64,000 nucleotides of DNA, from contig NC_043017.1 of the NCBI RefSeq assembly GCF_006345805.1, positions 5,332,001 to 5,396,000 of the forward strand, written 5' to 3'. The stretch comes from Octopus sinensis. Lineage: Eukaryota. The notes beneath the pieces were generated by a model. It did no database searches. It saw only the letters and a program-made list of their open reading frames with translations, and was not told the origin of the DNA. The position numbers were made by a program, and so were the translations under genes. This document shows, piece by piece, positions 10,823-21,720 of the stretch; positions within the stretch are counted from its first letter, which is position 1, and every line of letters starts with the position of its first letter.

Positions 10823-10985
10823 TCATCATCATCATCATCGTTTAACGTCCGCTTTCCATGCTAGCATGGGTTGGACGATTTTGACTGAGGGCTGGCGAAC
10901 CAGATGGCTGCACCAGGCTCCAGTCTTGATCTGACAAAGTTTCTACAGCTGGATGCCCTTCCTAACGCCAACCACTCCGAGAGTA
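10823..10985 (-). mobile_element. RTE-LINE 3' tail or RTE-tailed SINE (family F) ending in (GAT)n; other copies about 22880-23045(+), 33305-33460(-), 33786-33975(-), 35770-35945(+), 58790-59000(-)
   Basis: Minus strand GGCGTTAGGAAGGGCATCCAGCTGTAGAAAC...CCAACCCATGCTAGCATGGAAAGCGGACGTTAAACGATGATG; at 58790-59343 the same tail lies downstream of an RTE-like ORF end. Confidence 0.75.
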
Positions 10986-11052
10986 ATGATAATAACAATG
11001 ATGATGATAATAATAATAATAATAATGAAAATAATAATAATGATGATGAATA

Positions 11053-11507
11053 ACCATGTGTTGAGAAGAATTCTTTGGGGTTTGAATAATTCCTCTCTGG
11101 AAATATGGGTGTTTTGATCATCATCCTTAAACCTTATTCAGAGACCTTTTGAACAGGATGGGCTACTCAACCAAAAGAAAATTCTAACTGGTCCCACCTG
11201 CAAGGTCATTCACTGTTTATCTTGATGTGAGATCACTATGTTATGCACATTTGGTTGTGATGCATGTGCCTGGTGTAACCATATCAGATGGGTAGTCACG
11301 AGGGGTACATTGGGCCTTGTATATTTTACCCTAATGTCACTTTGATGGTGTGTGCTGCTCTCTCTCTCACTCAGTAATGATAATAATAATTTAATTTGAC
11401 TCAAGTGCCTGGTGTACCCTTATCAGATTGGTAGTCATGGTGGGTATACTGGGCTTCGTATATTTGTACCCCAGTGTTACTTTGATGGCATGGACTGCTC
11501 TCCACTC

Positions 11508-11543
<36 letters not shown>

Positions 11544-11730
11544 TTAATTTAATATTTATCTTGATATGAGGTTACCATGTCATGCACAAATAGTTGTGAT
11601 GCATGTGTCTGGTGTACCCTTATCAGATGGGTAGTCATGATGGGTAAACTGGGCCTTGTATATTTGTACCCCAGTGTTACTTTGATAGTGTGGACTGCTC
11701 TCTCAATTAGTAATAATAATAATAATGATG
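11053..11730 (+). mobile_element. Three stacked 5'-truncated copies of a retroelement 3' end with (AAT)n tails (11053-11390, 11405-11545, 11555-11730)
   Basis: Shared GTG(C/T)CTGGTGTA.CC.TATCAGAT.GGTAGTCA.G...CTGCTCTC...(AAT)n. Confidence 0.7.
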
Positions 11731-12846
11731 ATGATGATGATGATGACTGCACTTCTCCCTCCTCTCAGATCAACTTCCCCCGTCATCCTTTCAGGATCAA
11801 TAAAATAAAGTACCAATCAAGTACTTGGGGCTGATATAATTAGCTAACCCCCTCCACCTAAAATTGCTGGCTTTCTGCCAAAATTTGAAACAATAATAAT
11901 AATAATAATGATGATGATAAATAATCGTTTGTCTCGTCAGCTAAAGTTTTTTTTGTTTTTTTTTATTCTCTTGCTTGTCTTCTTTCTCTCTTTGCAAAGT
12001 GGCTTTACATAGCTTTTTTTTATTATTTTCGTCCTTATAATTTGCATGTCCTTTCTCTTGGGAACGCTGGTTGTTGGTTATACATATATGGGATGTAAAA
12101 TATGTATTTGGTATTTGTTGTCTCTTCCTCCTTAAACTTTCTTCCTTGAATGGACATTAAAAAAAAAGAAAAAAAACCTTAAGCTAATCTTTTTTTTTTT
12201 CTTTTTTTTTTGTAATATTCCTGGGTTCGTAGTTTTGAATTCAATACAAATATTCCTCTGGCTATAACATTAACAATAGCCTTTATCACAAAGTAATTTC
12301 CCAAAAGATTTTTTTCACCTATTCTTGACAGATGTACTGACAGCACGATTAACCATTAAGCAAAACAAGCATGTGCTTAGAACATCAAAGAAAGGGAGGG
12401 TGCCACAGAAATGGTTTATGGCACAAAAGAAATCACTTTAAACTTGCTAAAATGATATTCGGGATGCCTTATCTCTACTGAGTATAGAAGCAAACGTGTT
12501 ATGTATGATTAATTTTGAGGATTGGATCAAAGACTTTGCGGTTAGAAAAAGTATGAGAAACTTTTCAAATATGAAGAAAGTGGAAGCATATAAAGTTAAG
12601 CAATATTTTCCATCTTACTTTAAACTTGCTAAAATAACATTCAACAAAATATATTGGAAATATAGTTTCAAAGTGTTCATGGTGTCATAATGAGAATCTG
12701 ATCAAAGATTTTGCAATTAAAAAAAGTAGGAAAAAAATTTTTTAAATATAAAGTGGAAATATACAAAAATACCTGTTGCTTACCCTTTATATATATATAT
12801 ATATATATATATAAAGAACTTTTTGAAAAAGTTCCTACCGATAATG

Positions 12847-13084
12847 GGACAAGAACACAAATAGACGATACAAAAAACACGGACAGGTCATTCAAAGCCT
12901 TTAATCTTCAGTCAAGAACCGGATCATTCTCGCAATTTCGGCTGATTATATATATATATATATATATATAGATTAATCAGCCGAAATTGCTAAGATGATC
13001 TGGTTCTTGACTGATGACTGAGGGCTTCGAATGTCCCGTCCTGTGGTTCTTGTGTCGTCTCTGTGGTGTTTCATGTTCTTGTCC
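12847..13084. repeat. Imperfect inverted repeat, arms about 100 bp (12847-12948, 12974-13084) around a (TA)n spacer
   Basis: CAGTCAAGAACCGGATCATTCTCGCAATTTCGGCTGATTA versus TAATCAGCCGAAATTGCTAAGATGATCTGGTTCTTGACTG. Confidence 0.85.
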
Positions 13085-13110
13085 ATGTCTGTAATTATTT
13101 TTACTGTTTA

Positions 13111-13151
<41 letters not shown>

Positions 13152-15831
13152 GAACTATGTTTATTTCACTGGTAAAGAATTTTATATCCAAATTTGTTAA
13201 GAAGTTAGATCAGAGATCCTCTCTTGAAACAAATATTGTTTTGTTTTGGTAGAGTCATCTTCATGATTATTTGACACAGGCACTGATTGTGGCTGTCGTT
13301 CCTCTGTTTTTAATATTTAAAATGACATCCATAATTAGATTTGCATAAACGAAATTAGTAATAACTACAATCAAAATGCCTGTGTTGAATTTATTGATAC
13401 AGATGATTCTAAAAATACAATGGCTGTTTCATTTCCATTTATCCTAAATTACACTACCTTGGTTCCAATTATTTTCTTAAAAATATTGAAAAAATTTAGC
13501 AAAATAACCTTGTCATTATTAAACCAGTGTTGAGAACAAATGAGCAAGAAATTTTGATGGCAGGTTTTAAATTAGATCAGCTGAGTTCTTCAACATTCAA
13601 ACCAGTCGTATCCAGCCAAAATATTCTGCTTTATTCTATGTTCAAACCAACCACATTGAGCCGCACGCCCAATCTTTACAATGTTATTACAAAAATAAGT
13701 TATCTCATCATCGAAATCACAAAGCTATGAGATTACAGCGAATTAATTCAAAACAATGGGAATAAATAAGCATTACATCAGATACGAGTAATTTGTATGC
13801 TAAACAGTTAAAACCAGAAATTTGTGTCACAGAACAAAAGACAGCTTCCAGCGGGTCGTTATATAAAGAAGATTAAAACGGGATTTAAGTTGCTGTTAAA
13901 GATCTTTCTCATTACAATTCAGTCCTTAGCGATTAATTTTAATTTGTAATTGCGGGTTCAAATCTTGGCTTAGTTTTCGTATCAAAGAATATTGTGTTTT
14001 AACCATTATTAAGAATTTTAACATACTGAAGAGATGTTAGTGCAAATACAGAAAATGTTTTTGTTTGTGTTTTTCTTGTATAGAACCTTTTTTTAAAAAT
14101 CTTTTGCTGGTTTCAGTCATTGGACTGCGACCATGCTGGAGCATTGTCTTGAAAGGTTTTAGCTAAACAAATTGACTCCTACTACTTATTTTTAAGTCTG
14201 GTACTCATTCTATTGATATCTTTTGTTGGACTGCTAAGTTATGAGGATGTAAACAAACTAGCACCAGTTGTCAAATGATGGTTAGGGGAAACACATACAG
14301 ACAGCACAAAGACACACACACCTATATATATAGATGTTTGAAGGTTCATGGCTCAGTGGTTGAGGTTGTGTGTTCAATTCCTGGACTGGGCTGTGTGTAG
14401 GCATGCTTCTTCTTCTATGGCCCCAGACTGACCAAAGCCTTATGAGTGGATTTGGTAAATGGAAACTGAAAGAAGCTTGTGTGTGTGTGTGTATATAGAC
14501 AAACACATGATGATGATGATGATGATGAAACACACACATACTTGTGTATGTGTCTTTGTGTCTGTGTTTGACAAGCAGTGTTGGTTTGTTTACATCCCCG
14601 AAAGTAACTTAATGGTTCAACAAAAGAAACAAAGATTTTGATAGAATAAATAAAAATTTTAAAAAATAAAAACTACTGGGGTTGATTCGTTGGTCTAAAA
14701 ATTTCTTCTAGATCGTGCTCCAGTATGGCTGCAGTCAAACGACCAAATCAAGTAAAAGATAAATATAAAAAAACCCAACACAGACTCTGTTCCATCCATT
14801 TGTTGTCGTCTGCATTTATAGCTTTCGTTAGTCTAAGTATTTGTTGTCTATGGAGGGCGAATGAAATGCGGCTTTTGTGGTCTTGCTTTTAGTCATGTTT
14901 GTTCTTTTTTGTTGGTATGTTATAATTTAGTTATCATTGTTGTCTTGTATATTTATTTCGATATCACTGCTATTATGCTATTATTATTATTATTATCGCT
15001 ATTATTATTTGCTTGTTTTAAGTTAGCAAAGACTACGAAGGGATAAAAAAATGAAACAAAAAAAAAAGAGAGACGTGTGAACTACACATTTCATACATTC
15101 ATTGTCATTGTTGTTGTCGTTGTTGGTCTTGTTGTTGTTGAATGCTTTGATATGGAATGCCCACTTAAAAGGAAATAAATGTCGTTGAGCAATTTCACTA
15201 AAGAGGATAGAATTACCAGAGATGACAACCACATCGTGTCTTGCTTTTTGTATTCTCCACACTTTGGCATGTTGGGCTTATTATGCGTAGTAGAAAGAAT
15301 TTTCATATTATAACAAAATACATATACATACATATGCGTGTGAGAGTGTGTGTGTGTGTGTTGGTTTTGTACAGCAGAAGCAGTATTATTTCAAAATGGC
15401 AAAATGTACATCATATGTAAAGCAAATTACATCATTGAACGTTGAATTAATTGCAGAATTCGACTAGAGATAATAACTTTTATAGAAGTACAGTGTAGTA
15501 AAATCATCCAGAAATATATATTGGTTTTAAATTTTGGCTCAAGGCCAGCAATTTTAGGGGTGAGGATAAGTCCATTACATCGACCCCCCAAAAGGATGAA
15601 AGTCAAAGTTAAACAACCTCAGCAGAATTTGAACTCAGAACATGAAGACGGACAAACAGCTGCTAAAGATTTTCTCTGGTGTGCTAACAGTTTTAATAGA
15701 GTGCCAACCCTTCTGCAAATATATATATTTGTATCAGATGATGGTTTTCATCTGATGTATTAGTTGCAAATGAGAATTGCCCAAGCATCCACTTGGGTAC
15801 TTGCTACTGATGGAGCCTAAGGAGACAAATG

Positions 15832-16017
15832 CACATTGTGCAATTCCATCACAGTTGCTGGTTGATTTTTGTCTGCTACTGATATATACCTGCGTTTTTT
15901 AACATTGTCTACTGACGGAGACTAACCACACAGAAATACACATTGTGCAATACCATTACAGCTGCTGGTTCGCTTTTTTCTGCTACTGATATATACCTGC
16001 GTTTTTTAACATTGTAT
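15832..16017. repeat. Local direct duplication of a segment of about 77 bp (15832-15908, 15940-16017)
   Basis: ACATTGTGCAAT.CCAT.ACAG.TGCTGGTT...TCTGCTACTGATATATACCTGCGTTTTTTAACATTGT occurs twice. Confidence 0.8.
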
Positions 16018-16760
16018 GTGTATAAAAGATGCTATCTCAGGACAAATACTGCAATTAGTTCAACTTTCTGTGGTGTGTATTTGCATTAACTATGATACGT
16101 GGATTGGTATGTAAGTTGTGTGGAAGGAGACAACTGGGCACAGCTGTTTGGCTGCTGATGATTTGGCTTGGGTGACTAAACATTCAGGCTGTTTTGGCAC
16201 AGGAGGCACACACACACACATACAGACACACATACAGACACACACACACATGCAGGCACGCACATGAATATACAAAGAGAGTGAGAGGTTGGATGGGAGA
16301 GAATGAGAGAAACGTTAAAATGTCTGATGTCAACTAAGTCAGCATTGAATCAATAACACCGATCAGGCAGTGCCAAAACAGCTGCACCAAAACAGCTGTG
16401 CCAAAACGTCTCATACTTTTGTAATTGATGTCACAAATAAATAAAAAGATGGAATACTGAATACATCTACTATAATGAAATATTATTGTGTGAATCCTTA
16501 TGACATGGATCTCCTTGTGGATCTTATCCTAAATAGGTTCAGCAATCTTCTATATACACCTGTGTTCACTGTATCAACATTACTATCCAGCTATTTCCCC
16601 GACCCCCACTTCTTGCTCCTGGCCCCTCTGCTCCACTTATTCTCACTCAACTATTCACTGTAGATCTATAGGCCATCACAGAGGAGTTTAAGGCTGGCTG
16701 TCCATAAGGGACTTTGTTGTGCTGACATTCTAGTTCATCACCATCATCATCATTGTTTAA

Positions 16761-16980
16761 CCCTTTCGTTACTGACCCGGCTGAAACCAGCTTTGGCTTT
16801 AAGTACAAATGTCTAATTTTCATAAGTTTTGAACTAAAATCTTCCACCAAACCTTAGTCACAATTTATGTTCCTAACACTAGCTGAATGATAATTAAGTT
16901 ATTTTACTAAATTCTCTGTTATACTTAAAGTAATTGAAAGAAACACAGAGCATCTCAACAGAAATACAGTAATGAAAGGG
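16761..16980 (+). mobile_element. piggyBac-type MITE (family H) nested in an RTE-tail repeat
   Basis: TTAA at 16757-16760 and 16981-16984; the flanks rejoin to the family F motif CATCATCATTGTTTAA-TGTCC. Confidence 0.85.
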
Positions 16981-18953
16981 TTAATGTCCTCCTTCCATGC
17001 CAGCATGGGTTGGATGATTTGATAGGAGCCGGCCAGACAGAAGACTGCACCATACTTTTGTGTGTGTTGCGACAGGGTTTTTACAGCTGTGTGCCCTTCC
17101 TAACACCAACCACCCCACAGCTAATTCTTTAAGGGAATTATAAAAGAAATTCCAAACTTTTGGGCACAATAGTTTAACCTAGAGTTAAGGTAAACTTAGC
17201 AAAGACAACGGTTTTGATGAGTAAGATAGAAAGAGGTCACGACCCTTGTGTACTCATATATGGAAAAGGAGTAGGTTTGAACTCCATTTGCCGTGCTCAT
17301 TGGAAGTTGCAGACACACACAAGATATAGTAGAATCATGGGCAAACTAACATAGAATATAAGCTTCAAATGTGATGCACTGGAGCAATTCGTACATTTAT
17401 TTTCAGCATCCTGAAAATAAATTCTCTTAAATGCTCAGATGGTTCACTAGAAGTAGTTGATGGCATTTGTTACCTGTGAGATGTATTGGGTTGTCTGGAA
17501 AGTTCATGCTGATTTATAGTAGCTTATCTTTCGACTTATTTTAGAACATGGTTGAGTCCATAAAATAGGATTTGACTACACATCCATTAAGAGCACAGTT
17601 TAAGCTTTCTTTTCGTGGAAGAAGGTTTATGTTCCTATAACCTGTGTTGATTCTGTAACCCTTTAAAATGGAAGATAAGAAAGTTCATTTTCGGCACTTG
17701 ATGCTTTGGGAATCACTGTCAAGGCTTTGTTTTTCCTGAGGCTGTAATAGAAGACTCTTGCCCAAGGTGCCACACAGTGGCACTGAACCCAGAACCATGT
17801 GGTTAGGAGGCAACCTTCTTACCAGGCAGCCATGCCCCGTGCCTACAAGAGTGATTGTGCATGTGCAAAATGCCTGTTAAATGAGTCAGGTAATGCCCAC
17901 CATCCCTTGCCTGTTACCTGTCCTTATACCCTATCATCTTTCCATGTTTCTCTTACCCTACCAAGTTACCTGTAATTGAGAGGAAAACATTCAATTTAGG
18001 TTTACTATTTTCTCTGCATCTCTGTCCCTGCTATGCCTTCTTTCTGTATCCTTTCAAACCATGATGCTTCAGTGCAGTAGTGGCAGGACTGAACCCTTGC
18101 ACCCTTCACTCACTCACTCACTCTCCATGAGTCTTCTACTCATCTTCTTGGACACGTTAGTTTGAGAATAAGTTCTACCTTCTCATCCTCCCCTCCTCCC
18201 AATCCCCTCTCCTCCTCATCCCCCTCCTCACTATCTTTAGATTTCTTTCATGCATCTCTTCACCCACTCTACCATCCTTTCTCACTACTCTTTCTCTCTT
18301 TTTTCTTTACCCTCACCCCCCTTATGTTACCCCCTTCTTTAGAACTCTCTCTATCTCTCTCTCTTTGTCTCCCCATCACCAATCCTCCTATTATCAGATT
18401 TTAACCTCTCACTGTCTCTTTTGTTCTCCCTTGCAGTTGTGAGATGGAAGAGAGGGGGCTCTTTATTTAATCTTGCATGTTACAAAGTGACCCCACAGGT
18501 GCTTGTGCCACAATAAATGTACCCAATACAATCTGTTAAGTGGTTAACAAATTAATCAGAGACGGCAGAGGCCTGGGAAAACTGTGTAGTCTCCCTGGGG
18601 GGAGGGGCATGCCAACCTGTCTGGTGCTGGTGCCATAAAAAAAATGTTCCCAATACAATCTTTAAACTTTTGAGCCTTGACCTCCTGAAGCTTATTTTAC
18701 CATATACCTGGCATTTCACCGGTGCTACAGTATAGAGCCATCCACCTGTAAACCGGTGTTAAAGGGTTAAAGTCATTAGAGAACATCCATGCATAGAAAC
18801 CAGGCCCAAACTAAGATATCTGAGTGAGATGTGATCCATGGGTCCTATCCAAGAGGACTAGAACTACAATACAAACTGATTCAGATCTTGACGAACTATT
18901 CAGTCCAAGTCTTCAACAATGCAAATGTAAAATGGTAATGATGATATATATAT

Positions 18954-19158
18954 AACAATTGCAGTCTGTAAGGTGTTTATAAGCCATTTAAGAAACACAC
19001 AAAAACCATTAGATTCACTTCAACATTTAAATTTAATTTGTCAAAATATTTTCATCACTTTGAGACCGCGACCTGTTTAATTTAAATGTTGAAGTGAATC
19101 TAACGGTTTTTGTGTGTTTCTTAAATGGCTTATAAACACCTTCCACACTGCAATTGTT
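18954..19158. repeat. Near-perfect inverted repeat, 80-bp arms (18954-19033, 19079-19158), 45-bp spacer
   Basis: Three mismatches in 80 bp by manual comparison. Confidence 0.9.
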
Positions 19159-19213
19159 TTCATTTCAGCACACGATCTCAGATCAGGTCACTTACTATGC
19201 AAGTACATCTCCG

Positions 19214-19251
<38 letters not shown>

Positions 19252-20224
19252 CCCATGATAGGATAATGTCTCTTCTTGTCAGCCTGCCCCATCATCTTTA
19301 TTATTCCGGTCCTTTCCCTTTTCAGACTAACTCCTGACACTATTCTTCCCCTTTTTTTACTATCCCTTTTATTATCTCTGCTCCCTGACACTGTCTCTTC
19401 TATTACTCTCTCCACTACCACCTACCCACCCTTAACACATCTGTTTCTCCCATCATACTGTGAAATCTCTTGTATGTTCTCTCAACACCACATCTAAAGT
19501 CATCTCCATCCCTCTCTTTCTTGCTTCTCCTCTCTCTCCTCTATTCTTTATTTCAGTGTGGAGGTGTGTGGCTTAGTGGCTAGGGTTGTTGGACTCATGA
19601 TTGTAAGATTGTGGTTTCACTTCCTGGATCGGGTGACATGTGTTCTCAAGCAAATCACTTCATTTCACATTTGCTCTTGTGCACTCAACTGGCAAAAATG
19701 AGTAAATCTGTGACGGACCGGCATTCTGTCCAGGGAAGGACCTAAGGATCTTCATTTCAATCACGAAAGCTCTTTCATCTCAGGCGTTACAAAGCAACAG
19801 GTACTACTGTGACAGTGGGGAAAGAACCCACTGCACACTGTAAAGTGGTTGGCAAACCAAGCAGTGGTAATGCAGGTTGGATAGAGTTCTTTAGTCTTGC
19901 TGAGGGCAAGACAATGTCTGTAGAGCTGGTGCCATGATGATATGAACTTAGTACACTGGCAAACCAAGCAGTGATTATACAGGGTGGAGAAAATTCTTTA
20001 GACTTGCTGAGGGCAAGACAACGTTTATGGTACTAGAACTGTGACAAAATGTACCTACTATAATCTGGAGTGCAGTTGGTATTAGAAGTGCATCCAATCT
20101 TAGAAACATAGCCAAACCAGAGACATTGGAGTAAAATGTGTTCTTCGGCATTGTCCCATCCTGCCAAACTGTCCAACCCATGCCAGCAAAGAAGGCAAGC
20201 ATAAAAGGATGTTTGAGATGCACC

Positions 20225-20412
20225 TCTTTTACTTGCTTCAGTTATTTGACTGCAGCCATGCTGGAGCACTGCTATTAGTTGAACAAATCGACTCCATGAC
20301 TTATTCTTTGTAAGCCTAGTACTTATCCTATCAGTCTCTTTTGCTGAACTGCTAAATTAATGGGGATGTAAACACACCAGCATCACTTGCCAAGCGATGG
20401 TGAGGGGGAGAA

Positions 20413-20467
<55 letters not shown>

Positions 20468-20636
20468 AATATGTGTGTGTGTGACGGGCTTCTTTCAGTT
20501 TCCGTCTACCAAATCCACTTACAAGACTTTGGGCAGCCCGAGGCTGTAGTAGAAGACACTTGCCCAGGGTTTCATGCTGTGGGACTGAACCCAGAACCAT
20601 GTGGTTGGTAAGCAAGCTACTTACCACACAGCCATG
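20225..20636 (-). mobile_element. Composite SINE family A+B (minus); similar minus copies 21964-22440, 27005-27362, 34215-34620, 55783-56174, 58255-58610
   Basis: Reverse complement of the A+B consensus: CTTGTTTCAGTCATTTGACTGC...GGGCTTCTTTCAGTTTCCGTCTACCAAATCCACT...GAACCATGTGG. Confidence 0.85.
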
Positions 20637-21312
20637 TATGTGTGTGGGTGTGTTGAGAGAGAGAGATGTATTGCCAAACAAGCGTATTTCTGAAATATAT
20701 TACAGAATTTATTTTCAACCTTTAGCATGTTCATGTACACAAGTTTTCTTCCCTGTAGCTTCAGGTGCATTGTTTCATGTTGACAGGGGTAAAAACTCAT
20801 TCAGCAACATGATGCACCTACAGTGTGTTAAAGGTTAACTAAATTTTTTCACATATCAAATGCTTCCATGAAACTGTCTGTTCAGAAATTACAATATGGC
20901 TGTAATTATATAAAATATTATCTATGAAGACAGAAAATGGTTTAGTTCTACATGGAAAGTACTTTAAATGTAATTTTATTTTATGTCAGAGAATCTGAAC
21001 GCCATTTGCTGTGTTGACAAAGATTTTTTATCTTCTTTCAATCTAATCAGATTTATTTTGTTATCATTATCCATAATATTTTTAAGGCGGCAAGCTGGCA
21101 GAATTGTCAGAGCATTGGACAAAATACTTAGCATCATTTCTTCCAGTTTTTCACATTCTGAGTTCAAATACTGTCGAGGTCAACTCTCCATTTTATCCTT
21201 TCAGGGGTTAATAAAATAAAGTACCAATTGAGTTTTAGGGCTGGCTTACCTCCTTCCCTAAAACTTCTGGTTCTGCATCAAAATTTGAAACAACTACTTA
21301 TGGTATTATGGC

Positions 21313-21720
21313 AAGGCGGTAAGCTGGCAGAATCGTTAGCACACCGGGCAAAATGCTTAGCAGTATTTTGTCTGCCGCTACATTCTGAGTTCAAATTCCG
21401 CCAAGGTCGACTTTGCCTTTCATCCTTTCGGGGTCAATAAATTAAGTATCAGTTACGCACTGGGGTCGATATAATTGACTTACTCCGTTTGTCTGTCCTT
21501 GTTTGTCCTCTCTGTGTTTAGCCCCTTGTGGGTAGTAAAGAAATAGATATTTCATCTGCCATTATGTTCTGAGTTGAAATTCCGCCGAGGTCAACTTTTC
21601 CTTTCATCCTTTCATGGTCAGTGAAATAAGTACCAGTTACACACTAGGGTCAATGTAATCGACTTAATCCCCTTGTTTGTCCCCTCTATGTTTAGCCCCC
21701 TGTGGGCAATAAAGAAATAA
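21313..21720 (+). mobile_element. tRNA-derived SINE family C, tandem dimer; monomers or fragments also near 10615-10810(-), 15530-15700(-), 21085-21290, 25830-26030, 29520-29695, 31258-31810, 35060-35750, 45200-45385, 45905-46330
   Basis: GGCGGTAAGCTGGCAGAATCGTTAGC head, TTCTGAGTTCAAATTCCGCC B box, CTTTGCCTTTCATCCTTTCGGGGTC..TAAATTAAGTA body. Confidence 0.85.

Noticed and set aside
13011-13036. Exact CTGATGA hammerhead core followed by GAATGTC
   Set aside because: GAAA is GAAT and no stem I partner can be formed; kept only as an element signature.
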